A DNA stretch of 64,000 nucleotides from an uncultured Candidatus Bathyarchaeia archaeon (lineage in GTDB: Archaea > Thermoproteota > Bathyarchaeia > Bathyarchaeales > DTEX01). Within the stretch, counting starts at the first letter, position 1. Each line of letters opens with the position of its first letter. Under the pieces are notes generated by a model, which had not been told where the DNA came from, searched no databases, and saw nothing but the letters and a program-made list of their open reading frames with translations. The position numbers and the translations under genes were made by a program. The stretch is taken from contig CAZELO010000012.1 in the NCBI GenBank assembly GCA_964513245.1, positions 2,282-66,281 on the forward strand, in the 5' to 3' direction. Positions 54,656 through 64,000 of this stretch are shown piece by piece.

Positions 54656-55588
54656 ATGAAATCCAACGAATTCCACATTTATACTGCGATGATCTCAAAT
54701 CCTATAAGAAAGCGGATTCTAGAGGTGCTCAACAGCTTTCCCTCCCTGCCATACCTTAAACTGATGTCCGAATGCCACTTATCGCATCCCAGTCATTGCG
54801 GCGTGTTTACATACCATTTGAAAAAACTTATCGATGAAGGCGCTGTGTCAAAAAGAAGGGATGAGTACTTTTTGACCTCTAAGGGCAGGGACTGGATCAA
54901 GTTAACTGGAAAAATGGAGGTGGAATACATGAAGAAGAAAAATGAAGAATCGGAATTCGATTTAGAGAAGTGGTGTCCGTTGTGCCTAGAAACGCAGCTA
55001 AAAGCCAAAGTGACTCCGGAAGTCATTCGGATAAAATGCAAAAACCCAAAATGCATAGCCGGTGGACCGATAGACAAACCGCCATACTACATAGCCATGG
55101 ATAACGAGATACCAGATTGGCGGGAAAAAGGCTTAGACATTTACGACCTTGTCCAGAAGATCGGTTCTCAAGCCACTCCGGAAAAGAAAATGGAAATGTA
55201 TAGATCAAACAAATGCTGGAAGTGTAGCAGTGAAAACCTAATCGTGGAAGAGTTTGGACCATGGTACAATAAACACTGTAAGGAGTGCGGTGAAGGTTGG
55301 GGTGGAGCAGTCATAAACCCGTGGGAATTTCCTGAAACAGTAGCTTTCCTAAGAGCACATCACAGGGTCGCTGAAACCATGTTAAGCGAGAAGGTCGAGG
55401 TAGATGGGGAAACCTGTTGGGGGATAGTCTGCACCGATCTTGACACAAACGAGAAACTCGTCATGTATGCAGACGTTGAAACATTCAAACCCATAAAAAT
55501 CTGCATAGACTTTGAAGGAAAACCAGTTGAAGGCGAAATGACAAGGGAGGAGCTTGTTGAAAAGTTCCTTTCCTTCAAGAAACCCTAG
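54656..55588 (+). CDS. ArsR-like winged-helix protein fused to a Cys-rich (zinc-ribbon-like) C-terminal region
   Basis: ISNPIRKRILEVLNS...FTYHLKKLIDEGAVSK...FLTSKGRDW, then WCPLCLE...KCKNPKC and CWKCSS...HCKECG pairs. The ATG at 54656 is preferred. Confidence 0.5.
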   Translation: MKSNEFHIYTAMISNPIRKRILEVLNSFPSLPYLKLMSECHLSHPSHCGVFTYHLKKLIDEGAVSKRRDEYFLTSKGRDWIKLTGKMEVEYMKKKNEESEFDLEKWCPLCLETQLKAKVTPEVIRIKCKNPKCIAGGPIDKPPYYIAMDNEIPDWREKGLDIYDLVQKIGSQATPEKKMEMYRSNKCWKCSSENLIVEEFGPWYNKHCKECGEGWGGAVINPWEFPETVAFLRAHHRVAETMLSEKVEVDGETCWGIVCTDLDTNEKLVMYADVETFKPIKICIDFEGKPVEGEMTREELVEKFLSFKKP

Positions 55589-55806
55589 TTACGCGTTCCT
55601 CGGTGCTCGTGCAGACAATACCTTTTTTGTGTCGCTCTTCGTGTTTCATAAGCAAATTTTTTATCCCATTCCTTTCTGCAATTTCTGACACAATTATCTC
55701 TGTTTTTATAGACTTTTTCGATTCTGGTGAACTCTTCTTTGTAGGCATACAGACACCGATGACTAGTACCATAATATTTCGGTTCGTGTTCTCCCACTAA
55801 ATGCAT
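55585..55806 (-). CDS. hypothetical small basic Cys/His-containing protein
   Basis: ORF only (73 aa), downstream of the IPMS-like gene. An alternative overlapping minus-strand ORF (55575-55772) makes the call weak. Confidence 0.2.
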   Translation of the reverse strand: MHLVGEHEPKYYGTSHRCLYAYKEEFTRIEKVYKNRDNCVRNCRKEWDKKFAYETRRATQKRYCLHEHRGTRN

Positions 55807-55875
55807 TGACTCTACACCAGAAGAAAGGAAAAAAAATCGTACAAGGTCTGTTTAGAGAAAAAATGGAAGAAACGG

Positions 55876-57372
55876 CTATGTTCTTTTTCGGCTTTTTTGT
55901 AGGATTTTGTTTATGCCGTTTATCATGGCTTCGACGCTTGCCATGACTACGTCTTCGCGGGCTCCTCTGGCTGAAACGATGTTGCCGTCTTTGTCTTCGA
56001 CCTTGATTATGACCTCCGCCACAGCATTCGAGCCGCCCGTCAATGCTTCAAGCCTGTACTCCCTAAGCCTCACCTTTGACAGGTCGTTCGTTATCTTCTG
56101 TATGGCTTTGATCGCCGCGTCCACGGGTCCGACGCCCGTCTCAGCCGCCACGTAGTCTTTGCCATCAAGCGTGATCTTGACAGAAGCTGTGGGGATGATC
56201 CTTATGCCCGTTACAACCGCGAGGTCACTGAGCTCAACGATGCGTTCTTCCGCAGCCCCACCCGTAACTGCCCGCGCGATTGCGAAAAGATCGGCGTCCG
56301 TCACGGTTTTGCCCTTGTCACCCAAGTCCTTGACCCGGTCAACGATCTCTTTGAGCTGGTCCTCTGTCGGGCTGAACCCTGCCTCTTCAAGCTCAGCCTT
56401 CACGCCGTGTTTGCCTGCGTGCTTGCCGGCTATGAGCTTCCTGCGTCTCCCGACGATTTCGGGGCTTATAGGCTCGAAGGTTAAAGGTTCGACGGTGACG
56501 CCTCTTGTGTGGATGCCTGACTCGTGCGCGAAGGCGTTCTCGCCTACGATTGCCTTGTTAGGCTGCATCACTATACCCGTCAGCCGCGAGGTAATCTTTG
56601 AAGTTTCATAGAGCAGCTGCGTGTTTATTCCCGTCTTCTTCTTGTAGATCATGTGGAGACCCATGACGACCTCTTCGAGCGCGGCGTTTCCAGCCCTCTC
56701 GCCCAAGCCGTTCACGGTTACGTGGACCTGTGCCGCGCCGCCCTTTATCCCTGCCAACGAGTTTGCCACGGCTAATCCGAAGTCGTTGTGGCAGTGAACG
56801 CTGAGGGGTATTCGCACGGTGCCGCTGAGCTCTCTGATGAGCCGTTCCATCGAATGGGGAGACATGATGCCCACGGTGTCCGGCACGTTTATGCGGTCGG
56901 CTCCAGCCTCCTCGGCAGCCTTGCAGATCCTCTTCAGGAAGTCGGGCTCGGTTCTTGTGGCGTCCATGGGTGAGAACTCGCAGGTGACGCCGTGATCCTT
57001 GATGTACTGGATGGACCCGACCGCCGCGTTCAGCACCTGCTCAGGCGTCATGTTCAAGGCGTATTTCATCTGAATGTCCGATGTGGAGATGAACGTGTGT
57101 ATCGATTTAACGTCGCATTCCAGCGCCGCATCTATGTCGCTCTTCAGGGTCCGCGTGAGCGCGCAAACCTCGGTCTTCAAACCTAGCTTCACCAAGTCTT
57201 TGAAGGCTTTCTGCTCGCCAGCAGACGAAGAGGGGAAACCCGCCTCAACCGCGTCGACACCTAACTTGTCGAGTTGGATGGCTACTTCTACCTTCTCCTC
57301 AGGCGTCAGGGACACGCCTGGCGTCTGCTCGCCGTCTCTCAGGGTTGTATCAAATATTCTGATGTACGCCAA
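55876..57372 (-). CDS. 2-isopropylmalate synthase / (R)-citramalate synthase family enzyme
   Basis: [19 protein letters not shown]..., [16 protein letters not shown]..., and a C-terminal LeuA-dimer regulatory domain. LeuA versus CimA cannot be separated by eye. Confidence 0.85.
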   Translation of the reverse strand: MAYIRIFDTTLRDGEQTPGVSLTPEEKVEVAIQLDKLGVDAVEAGFPSSSAGEQKAFKDLVKLGLKTEVCALTRTLKSDIDAALECDVKSIHTFISTSDIQMKYALNMTPEQVLNAAVGSIQYIKDHGVTCEFSPMDATRTEPDFLKRICKAAEEAGADRINVPDTVGIMSPHSMERLIRELSGTVRIPLSVHCHNDFGLAVANSLAGIKGGAAQVHVTVNGLGERAGNAALEEVVMGLHMIYKKKTGINTQLLYETSKITSRLTGIVMQPNKAIVGENAFAHESGIHTRGVTVEPLTFEPISPEIVGRRRKLIAGKHAGKHGVKAELEEAGFSPTEDQLKEIVDRVKDLGDKGKTVTDADLFAIARAVTGGAAEERIVELSDLAVVTGIRIIPTASVKITLDGKDYVAAETGVGPVDAAIKAIQKITNDLSKVRLREYRLEALTGGSNAVAEVIIKVEDKDGNIVSARGAREDVVMASVEAMINGINKILQKSRKRT

Positions 57373-57392
57373 TTACCATACACCTCGACATG

Positions 57393-58424
57393 CTAGATTT
57401 TCAGCCGCATGATTTCGTCGGCTATAGCTTCCCCCATCTCGACTGTTTTGAGGGTTCCGCCGAAATCCGGAATCGTTAAACCTTTGCGCAGAGCCTCGAT
57501 CACGCCTTTTTCTACGGCATCAGCAGCCTTCAAGCAGACCGGGTCGTCATAGTGTTCACCGAGCCACTCAAGCATCATCTTCGCCGAAAGAATCATGGAG
57601 CAGGGGTTAACCGTGTGCTTGCCGATGCGTGTGGGCACTGCACCGTGAATCGGCTCAAAGAGGGCAAAGTTGTCACCCAAGTTTGCGCCGGGCGCCATGC
57701 CTAACCCGCCGACTAACTGTGCTGCTTCGTCGGAGAGTATGTCGCCGAAGACATTGGTTGTCACTATCACATCATAGTTCTGCGGCTCCTTGACCAGCCT
57801 CATGGACGCCGCATCCACATACTGCTCGTTAAAGGCTATGTCTGAATATTCTTTGGCGACTGCTCTGCATGCTTCGGCGAAGAGTCCGCAGGTGACCCGC
57901 ATGACGTTGGATTTATGCACGATGGTGACGAGCTTTTTCTTGTTTCTTCTTCGAGCGACCTCGAAGGCTTTTCTGGCGATTCTCTCACTGCCCCTGCGGG
58001 TTATAACCCTCAGTCCGATGGCTGTGTCGCCTATTGTGAACTCGAAGCCTTTGTAGAGGTCCTCGGTGTTCTCCCTGACGAAGACGAAGTCTATGTCGTC
58101 CCTCATGCACGGAGCGTTAGGATAGGACCTTATCGGTCTAATGTTGGCGTACAGGTCAAACATCATGCGCAGCTTAACGATCACGTCCGCGGCTGTCTCG
58201 CCTACGGGTCCCTTCAAGCAGACATGGGATTCTTTGATGGTTTTCACGGTCTCATCTGGAAGGGCAACTCCCCGTTTGTTAAAGCAGGCGTCACCGGCTT
58301 CCAGCTCGATGAACTTGAGGGCTAAGTTGAACTTTTTCTCGACCGCCCTCATAACATGCATTGTCGTCTCTGTCAGCTCTGGGCCTACTCCGTCTCCCGG
58401 AATCAAGGCAATCTTGTACATCAT
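57393..58424 (-). CDS. leuB: 3-isopropylmalate dehydrogenase
   Basis: YKIALIPGDGVGPE..., VRENTEDLY, NVFGDILSDEAAQLVGGLGMAPGANLG. Confidence 0.85.
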   Translation of the reverse strand: MMYKIALIPGDGVGPELTETTMHVMRAVEKKFNLALKFIELEAGDACFNKRGVALPDETVKTIKESHVCLKGPVGETAADVIVKLRMMFDLYANIRPIRSYPNAPCMRDDIDFVFVRENTEDLYKGFEFTIGDTAIGLRVITRRGSERIARKAFEVARRRNKKKLVTIVHKSNVMRVTCGLFAEACRAVAKEYSDIAFNEQYVDAASMRLVKEPQNYDVIVTTNVFGDILSDEAAQLVGGLGMAPGANLGDNFALFEPIHGAVPTRIGKHTVNPCSMILSAKMMLEWLGEHYDDPVCLKAADAVEKGVIEALRKGLTIPDFGGTLKTVEMGEAIADEIMRLKI

Positions 58425-58924
58425 GTTTTTCCTCCTTTCTTCTTCAGGTGTTCTATTAATCCTCCGTCCTTTATTATTGCGAGTATGAAATCTGGGAGCT
58501 GGGACGCTTGAAGCAAGCGGTGCTTTGTCTGGTTCGTGATTTTGCCCTCTTCAAGGCTGACGGTCAAGAGGTCTCCCTCGTCAACCAGCCCGGAAACACC
58601 TGCAGCCTCAAGAACGGGTAATCCTATGTTTATCGCGTTTCTGTAGAAGATGCGGGCAAAGGACTCGGCTAAAACACATCTGACGCCCGCAAATTTGAGC
58701 GCTATCGGTGCCTGTTCGCGGCTTGAACCGCAGCCGAAGTTCTTACCTGCAACTATGACTACGCCGCCTTTTGCCTTCTCCGCGAAGCCTGTGTCTAAGC
58801 CTTCCATGGCATGTTTTGCCAGTTCCATCGGGTCTAGCGAAGTCAGATGCTTGCTCGGTATTATGACATCTGTGTTCACGTCGTCGCCAAAGATCACGGT
58901 TTTTCCCGAAACTTCCATGCTCAT
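58421..58924 (-). CDS. leuD: 3-isopropylmalate/citramalate isomerase small subunit
   Basis: GKTVIFGDDVNTDVIIPSKH...NFGCGSSREQAP. 4 nt overlaps with both neighbouring genes. Confidence 0.8.
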   Translation of the reverse strand: MSMEVSGKTVIFGDDVNTDVIIPSKHLTSLDPMELAKHAMEGLDTGFAEKAKGGVVIVAGKNFGCGSSREQAPIALKFAGVRCVLAESFARIFYRNAINIGLPVLEAAGVSGLVDEGDLLTVSLEEGKITNQTKHRLLQASQLPDFILAIIKDGGLIEHLKKKGGKT

Positions 58925-60183
58925 TCCTCCACAAAGTCTCTCGGATCAACGATCTTGCCAGCCAAAGCTGAAGCAGCAACCGTAGCAGGCGAAGCCAAAT
59001 ATATCTTAGCTTCAGGGCTGCCCATTCGCCCCACAAAGTTCCGGTTGGATGTGCTTATGCAGACCTCGTCTTTGGCTAAGAGCCCCATGTGACCGCCGAA
59101 ACACGCGCCGCATGTGGGACCGCAGACGCAGGCTCCAGCCTTCACGAAGACATCAAGCAGACCTACCTGCAATGCTTGCAGGTACACGTCTTGAGAGGCA
59201 GGTGTGACCAGAAGCCTCACGCCTTTCTTTATTCTCTTTCCTTTCAAGAACCTTGCCGCTATCTCCAAGTCTTCTAGGCGCCCATTTGTACAGGAACCTA
59301 CGAATGCTTGGTCAATCTCTGTGCCCTCAACCGCCTTGACGGGTTTCACGTTGTCAACCTCGTGTGGACACGCGACCTGTGGTTCAAGGTCACTAACATT
59401 GATTTTAAGTGTCTTCTCATATGAGGCGTCCGAGTCGCTTCTGAACAGCTTGAACGGCTTGGATGCCCGTTTCTCCAAGAAGGCCAAGGTAACTTCGTCA
59501 GGTTCGATTATTCCCGTCTTGGCGCCCATTTCGACAGCCATATTGCACAGCGTCATTCGTCCGCTTACGCTTATCTGGCTTATCGTTGGTCCTGTGAACT
59601 CGACGGCTTTGTATATGGCGCCGTCTGCGCCTATCTGCCCGATTACGTGGAGTATCAGGTCTTTGGGGGTCACAAACTTCTTGAACGTTTCAGCCACATC
59701 TATTTTGATTGTGGAGGGAACCTTCAGCCATATCTTGCCCGTGGCGAAGACTGCTGCTGCCTCTGTTGAGCCGATGCCTGTGGCGAAGGCGCCGACTGCG
59801 CCGTAGGTGCACGTATGCGAATCGGCGCCGACTATGAGTTGTCCGGGCTTGGCGTGACCTTTTTCGACCATGATTTGGTGGCAGACGCCTCCTTCCCCGA
59901 TGTCGTAGAAGAGTGGGGTGCCTTGTTCTTTCGCGAAGGCGCGCATTATCTTGTGCAGTTCGGCTGACTTCACTGAGTCGGCTGGAACCTGATGGTCGAG
60001 GACGAGGACTATGCGCTGGTTGGCCCAGACTTTTTGGTTGCCTATTTTTTTGAAGGCTTGGATAGCGAGGGGTCCGGTTATCTCGTTTATCATTATCATG
60101 TCGACTTTGGCTTCCACTATCTCGCCTGGTTTCACGCACTCTTTGCCTGAAGAAGCGGCTAAAATCTTTTCTGATATGTTCAT
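58921..60183 (-). CDS. leuC: 3-isopropylmalate/citramalate isomerase large subunit
   Basis: MNISEKIL...LDHQVPA...GVCHQ...VGADSHTCTYGA...GSCTNGR...CGPTCGAC...STSNRNFVGRMG. ATG 60183 is preferred over the track start at 60204. Confidence 0.85.
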   Translation of the reverse strand: MNISEKILAASSGKECVKPGEIVEAKVDMIMINEITGPLAIQAFKKIGNQKVWANQRIVLVLDHQVPADSVKSAELHKIMRAFAKEQGTPLFYDIGEGGVCHQIMVEKGHAKPGQLIVGADSHTCTYGAVGAFATGIGSTEAAAVFATGKIWLKVPSTIKIDVAETFKKFVTPKDLILHVIGQIGADGAIYKAVEFTGPTISQISVSGRMTLCNMAVEMGAKTGIIEPDEVTLAFLEKRASKPFKLFRSDSDASYEKTLKINVSDLEPQVACPHEVDNVKPVKAVEGTEIDQAFVGSCTNGRLEDLEIAARFLKGKRIKKGVRLLVTPASQDVYLQALQVGLLDVFVKAGACVCGPTCGACFGGHMGLLAKDEVCISTSNRNFVGRMGSPEAKIYLASPATVAASALAGKIVDPRDFVEE

Positions 60184-60241
60184 GGGTTCATTGCATCCGT
60201 TCACTTTGCTTTGGTTACTTCTCGATCCGCTGACGTTTTTC

Positions 60242-60751
60242 TTATTCTATTCTTACGGATCTCATTCCTCTTGAAAGGGCGGTTATGCCTGTTCGCGCCA
60301 ACTCCTTTACTCCGAAGGGTTTCATCAGGTCCATAAAGGCGTTTATCTTGTCCGAGTCGCCTGTTATCTCTATGATTAACGACTCGTGCGCCACATCGAC
60401 AACGTGCCCCTTGAATATCTCCGTGTAGTTGATGACGTCTGACCTGACCCTCGCATCAAGCGTGTTTACTTTTACGAGGGCAAGTTCCCTTGTCACCGCA
60501 TTGTTAGGTTCAAGCAGACTCACTTTGACGACATCGATCAACTTGTTCAACTGTTTGACAATTTGCTCAATAGTCCTCTCATCCCCATTGACGGTTATGG
60601 TCATTCTGGCCAAGCCTTTCTGCTCTGTCGCTCCAACTGAGATGCTTTCGATGTTGAATCCTCTTCTTCGGAACATGTTGGAAACGCTGTAGAGCACGCC
60701 TGGTTTGTGCTCAACAATGGCGGCGATTATTTGAGTTCTTTTATTCTCCAT
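60242..60751 (-). CDS. ilvN: acetolactate synthase small (regulatory) subunit
   Basis: An ACT domain ([33 protein letters not shown]...) followed by an ALS_ss_C-like domain. Confidence 0.85.
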   Translation of the reverse strand: MENKRTQIIAAIVEHKPGVLYSVSNMFRRRGFNIESISVGATEQKGLARMTITVNGDERTIEQIVKQLNKLIDVVKVSLLEPNNAVTRELALVKVNTLDARVRSDVINYTEIFKGHVVDVAHESLIIEITGDSDKINAFMDLMKPFGVKELARTGITALSRGMRSVRIE

Positions 60752-60758
60752 TGGCTGT

Positions 60759-62468
60759 TCACTCCATCACCATTTCGTCTAAACCTTTGCCGGGCGGGAT
60801 CATCGGGAAGACATCCTCTTCGGGGGATATCGGAACGTCAACGACGGTTGTGACTTCGCTTCTAATTGCCTGTCTAATGGCTTTCGAGAACTCTTCGCGG
60901 GACCCGATGCGGACGCCTTGGGCGCCGTATGCTTCGGCTAACTTAACGAAGTCGGGGGTGGTCCCCAGTTTTGTTCCAGAGTATCGCCTTTTGTAGAAGA
61001 GCCTCTGCCACTGTGCAACCATGCCGAGCATGGAGTTGTTCAGGACTATGACTACGACCGGAATGTTCTCCGCAACAGAGGAGGCTAAGTCTTGCCCCGT
61101 CATTATGAAACTTCCGTCACCGGCAATGTCGACCACGGGTCTGTCAGGGCACGCGACTTTGGCGCCGAGGGCTGCTGGAAAGCCGAAGCCCATTGTTCCG
61201 AGGCCGCCGGATGTGATGTATGTTCTTGGTTTGAGCACTTTATAGTAGAGGGCTGCCCACATCTGGTTCTGTCCGACTTCGGTTGCGACTATGGCGTCTT
61301 CCGGCAGTATTTTTCTAAGTTCTTTCACCAGAATGTGAGGCTTCAGGGTTTTTCCTTCTCCGTTAGGCACAGAGTTTTGAAGTTGTTCTTTGGCTTCTTT
61401 AACCCTTTTGAACCAGACTGAATCTTCTTTCTTCGCAACTCGCTTTGAGATTGACGTGTAAATGGCGTTCAGCGTCCTCTTGGCGTCAGCCACGATGGGC
61501 ACGTCGATGTCTATGTTTTTCCCAATTTCGGCTGAATCAATGTCTATGTGGATTTTCTTTGCGTCCGGGCAGAACGTGTCCAGCCTTCCAGTAGACCTGT
61601 CTGAAAACCTTGTGCCGACAGCCAGCAAGACATCAGCGTCCAGGATAAGCTTGTTTGCGGCGCGGTTTCCGTGCATGCCGATGATCCCGAGTGATAATGG
61701 GTGGTTCTCGGGGAAACATCCTTTGCCCATCAGCGTGGTTGCCACGGGCGCCATCAAGAGTTCTGTCAGCCTAAGAAGTTCTTGGAAGGCGTTTGAGCTC
61801 GTGATTCCGCCTCCGGCGAGGATCATGGGTCTTTCTGCCTTGACCAACAGTTCGGTAGCCTTCTTGATCTGCAGGGGGTGTGGAGCATACGTGGGCTTGT
61901 AGCCGCGTATTTCGGTATCGTTTGAAAACTTCATATCCGCGATGCCGGTCTGGGTGTTCTTCGGCAGATCGATTAAGGCTGGTCCGGGTCTGCCTGTTGT
62001 TGCTATGTGAAAAGCCGTTCTCACTATCTCTGGGATTTCAGCGGCTTCTTTCACTTGATGGTTGTATTTGGTTATCGGAGTTGTGATTCCGATTATGTCG
62101 GCTTCTTGGAAGGCGTCCCTGCCTATTATGTATGATGAGTTAGGGGTGTACGTGTTAACCTGTCCCGTGAACGCGATTATGGGCGAAGAATCCATGTAGG
62201 CGTTGGCGATTCCTGTGACAAGGTTTGTTGCTCCCGGTCCAGAGGTTGCCGTGCAGACGCCGATCTGTCCGCTTGCTCGGGCGTAGCCGTCCGCGGCGTG
62301 TGCTACGCATTGTTCGTGTCTCATGAGTATGTGTCTGATCTCGGATTCGTAGAGCGAGTCGTAGAACGGCAGCGTGGCTCCGCCGGGTATGCCGAAGATC
62401 ACTTTCACTTTCTGTCTCTTCAGGGATTCTATTAAGGCTTGGGCGCCGGTCATCTTAGCCATATTCAT
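60759..62468 (-). CDS. ilvB: acetolactate synthase large subunit (TPP/FAD-dependent)
   Basis: [26 protein letters not shown]..., [12 protein letters not shown]..., [23 protein letters not shown]. Confidence 0.9.
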   Translation of the reverse strand: MNMAKMTGAQALIESLKRQKVKVIFGIPGGATLPFYDSLYESEIRHILMRHEQCVAHAADGYARASGQIGVCTATSGPGATNLVTGIANAYMDSSPIIAFTGQVNTYTPNSSYIIGRDAFQEADIIGITTPITKYNHQVKEAAEIPEIVRTAFHIATTGRPGPALIDLPKNTQTGIADMKFSNDTEIRGYKPTYAPHPLQIKKATELLVKAERPMILAGGGITSSNAFQELLRLTELLMAPVATTLMGKGCFPENHPLSLGIIGMHGNRAANKLILDADVLLAVGTRFSDRSTGRLDTFCPDAKKIHIDIDSAEIGKNIDIDVPIVADAKRTLNAIYTSISKRVAKKEDSVWFKRVKEAKEQLQNSVPNGEGKTLKPHILVKELRKILPEDAIVATEVGQNQMWAALYYKVLKPRTYITSGGLGTMGFGFPAALGAKVACPDRPVVDIAGDGSFIMTGQDLASSVAENIPVVVIVLNNSMLGMVAQWQRLFYKRRYSGTKLGTTPDFVKLAEAYGAQGVRIGSREEFSKAIRQAIRSEVTTVVDVPISPEEDVFPMIPPGKGLDEMVME

Positions 62469-62812
62469 AGATGCCTCCTTTTATTTTTGCCAATGCATAG
62501 AATATGCTTGTTTCCTCGTTTTTGGACAGAATTTGTGACAGAGGTTTCGGCGGGTTTTTTGATGGGTTAGCTGAAGAACAGCCTGCTGAGTATACATCAG
62601 CTCTGTAGGTAGCGATTCCTCCGTACCCGACTATCCCTCACTTTCTTGTCCTCCAAAGGAACAAAGCAGGTAGTAATATTTGCATCATACTTAAAAACCT
62701 TTTGAATCTCTGAACCCACAGAACCAGCATCAGCCATCTGAGAAACGCATGATTTTAATGGCACCTTCGACAAATGTTGATTCCATATGGCAATTCGGGA
62801 AGGCATGCATTC

Positions 62813-63595
62813 ATGAAATTCGCTGAGATTTGTCGCAGACTCAAGAACGGTTTCTTTCTGTCCTCCATGATGAAAATAACCGATGGCCTCTTCTGTTCGG
62901 AGCGAAGCGAAGGCTGCGCCATGGTTCAATTGGGCGCCTACTTGGCTGAGCCGCCGCTTTACGGAAAAGCGCGGTATTTTCTGCCGGCAGACCCGGAGGA
63001 ATGTACCGAGTTCTTGGCGGAAGAATGCGGCAAAGCCAAGGGGCAATCAGATGTCTGTACTTGTTTGAATTTGGCTGCGCCTAGGCTTGAGTGGGGCTTA
63101 GCGGCTGCGGAGTGCTTTTGCGAGGCTGGCGGCGACTTTGTTGAGCTTAATGTGCATGGTTCGTATGAGCCTTACTTTCGCCTTGGAAAGGTTAGGGCTA
63201 TGGTTTTGCCGGAAAACCGGGATGAACTGTTCAGGTGGGTTGAAGCTTTCTCGAGGCTTGAGGTTCCATTGATAGTGAAGTTTCGGATGGGCTTCATAGA
63301 CGATTATTCGCCGGTTCTGGAACGTTTAGCTGACTTCAACGTTTTTGCCGTTCACTTCAACGTGAGGAACGACACCAGCAAGAAGCCGGACATCCAATTT
63401 GTCAAAAAAGTAAGGAAACAATGCAAGTTCTCCCTTTTAGCGAGCGGATACGTCAGATCAGAAGTGGACGCCAAAATGCTGTTCAAAGCCGGAGCTGACA
63501 TGGTAGGCATGGCAGAGCCAACCATAAAGGACCCGAAATACATTGCCAAGATAGCCAAAAGCTTCAAGGCGAAATGTCGTCAACAGAAAGTTTGA
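62813..63595 (+). CDS. TIM-barrel protein, DUS/FMN-oxidoreductase-like (tentative)
   Basis: LSSMMKITDGLF..., GGDFVELNVHG..., PLIVKFR..., LLASGYVRS..., GADMVGMAEP resemble a dihydrouridine-synthase-like beta/alpha barrel. Start at 62774 or 62813. Confidence 0.35.
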   Translation: MKFAEICRRLKNGFFLSSMMKITDGLFCSERSEGCAMVQLGAYLAEPPLYGKARYFLPADPEECTEFLAEECGKAKGQSDVCTCLNLAAPRLEWGLAAAECFCEAGGDFVELNVHGSYEPYFRLGKVRAMVLPENRDELFRWVEAFSRLEVPLIVKFRMGFIDDYSPVLERLADFNVFAVHFNVRNDTSKKPDIQFVKKVRKQCKFSLLASGYVRSEVDAKMLFKAGADMVGMAEPTIKDPKYIAKIAKSFKAKCRQQKV

Positions 63596-63616
63596 ACGAT
63601 TTGGAGAGATGCGTTG

Positions 63617-64000
63617 ATGATTCGTAGGCTGCTGGCTTCAGACTTCGATGCGGCGCTCTGGGTTGTGAATGAAGCGGCACATGCCTATGAAGGTGCGATT
63701 CCGGCTGACTGCTGGAAGGAACCCTATATGCCAGCTGAAGAGCTGAAGCGGGAGATTGAGTCCGGCGTCGAGTTCTACGGCTGGGTGGATGACCGTGCTC
63801 TGCTCGGCGTGATGGGGATTCAACCGGTGGGGGACACGACGTTGATTCGGCATTCGTATGTGCTGACGGGGCATCAGAGGAGGGGGATCGGAAGCAGCCT
63901 GCTGAAGCATCTCATGGGCTTGGCGGAGACGTCTGAGGTTCTTGTTGGGACGTGGGCTGCTGCAACGTGGGCTGTCCGCTTCTACGAGAGGCATGGGTTC
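63617..64000 (+). CDS. GNAT-family N-acetyltransferase (partial; runs off the right edge)
   Basis: Not in the track (no stop in the window). MIRRLLASDFDAALWVV...LLGVMGIQPVGDTTLIRHSYVLTGHQRRGIGSSLLKHLM...FYERHGF contains the Q/RxxGxG/A acetyl-CoA motif. Confidence 0.75.
   Translation, partial: MIRRLLASDFDAALWVVNEAAHAYEGAIPADCWKEPYMPAEELKREIESGVEFYGWVDDRALLGVMGIQPVGDTTLIRHSYVLTGHQRRGIGSSLLKHLMGLAETSEVLVGTWAAATWAVRFYERHGF

Noticed and set aside
62597-63046. 149 aa minus-strand ORF overlapping the start of the TIM-barrel gene
   Set aside because: It overlaps a better plus-strand ORF with a beta/alpha-barrel-like periodicity. Only its last ~46 codons lie in intergenic DNA. No motif.
63638-63994. 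118 aa minus-strand ORF at the right edge
   Set aside because: It is a P/R/H-rich shadow of the plus-strand GNAT reading frame, which has the acetyl-CoA-binding motif.

Overview
This is a 64 kb archaeal chromosomal segment. Archaeal markers are aIF-1A, a split transketolase, the AcnX/UbiD-type archaeal mevalonate route, TATA-like promoters and oligo-T terminators. A tRNA with a non-canonical intron hints at a TACK/Thermoproteota-like (possibly Bathyarchaeia-like) lineage, but that placement is inference only. The window breaks into nine blocks. (1) 1-4.6 kb: a tightly coupled minus-strand operon of MBL-fold lactonase-like protein, split transketolase, cupin and a fused E1 alpha/beta TPP enzyme. 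(2) 4.8-17 kb: mixed small genes, including a truncated GH3-like enzyme, zinc-ribbon membrane proteins, an ABC-2 exporter, a DUF89 phosphatase, PadR and wHTH regulators, a TRAM protein, an OB-fold protein and aIF-1A. (3) 17.4 kb: tRNA(CAT) with a ~30 nt intron in the variable region. (4) 18.2-35.3 kb: two adjacent giant ORFs (2494 aa and 3099 aa) for membrane-anchored, sequon-rich surface proteins. Both open with a thioredoxin-fold CxxC domain followed by a hydrophobic hairpin, and this is the most unusual thing in the window. (5) 35.3-36.7 kb: a degenerate non-coding patch with gene remnants and two families of conserved repeats that recur at 42.1, 45.1 and 47.6 kb. (6) 36.7-40.5 kb: an archaeal mevalonate-pathway cluster (UbiD-like decarboxylase, AcnX large and small subunits, mevalonate kinase). 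(7) 40.6-47.2 kb: an accessory-looking stretch with an HExxH protein, a decayed family-B DNA polymerase C-terminal remnant, a frameshifted B12-radical-SAM gene, membrane and secreted proteins and a frameshifted dodecin. (8) 47.7-52.4 kb: a second ABC-2 exporter and a response regulator plus PAS histidine kinase pair. (9) 52.5-62.5 kb: branched-chain amino-acid genes (ilvB, ilvN, leuC, leuD, leuB, an IPMS/citramalate synthase and a second LeuCD-like pair), followed by a TIM-barrel protein and a partial GNAT. All functional calls come from motif recognition by eye, with no database search run. Start codons are often ambiguous because the ORF track uses GTG/TTG starts.
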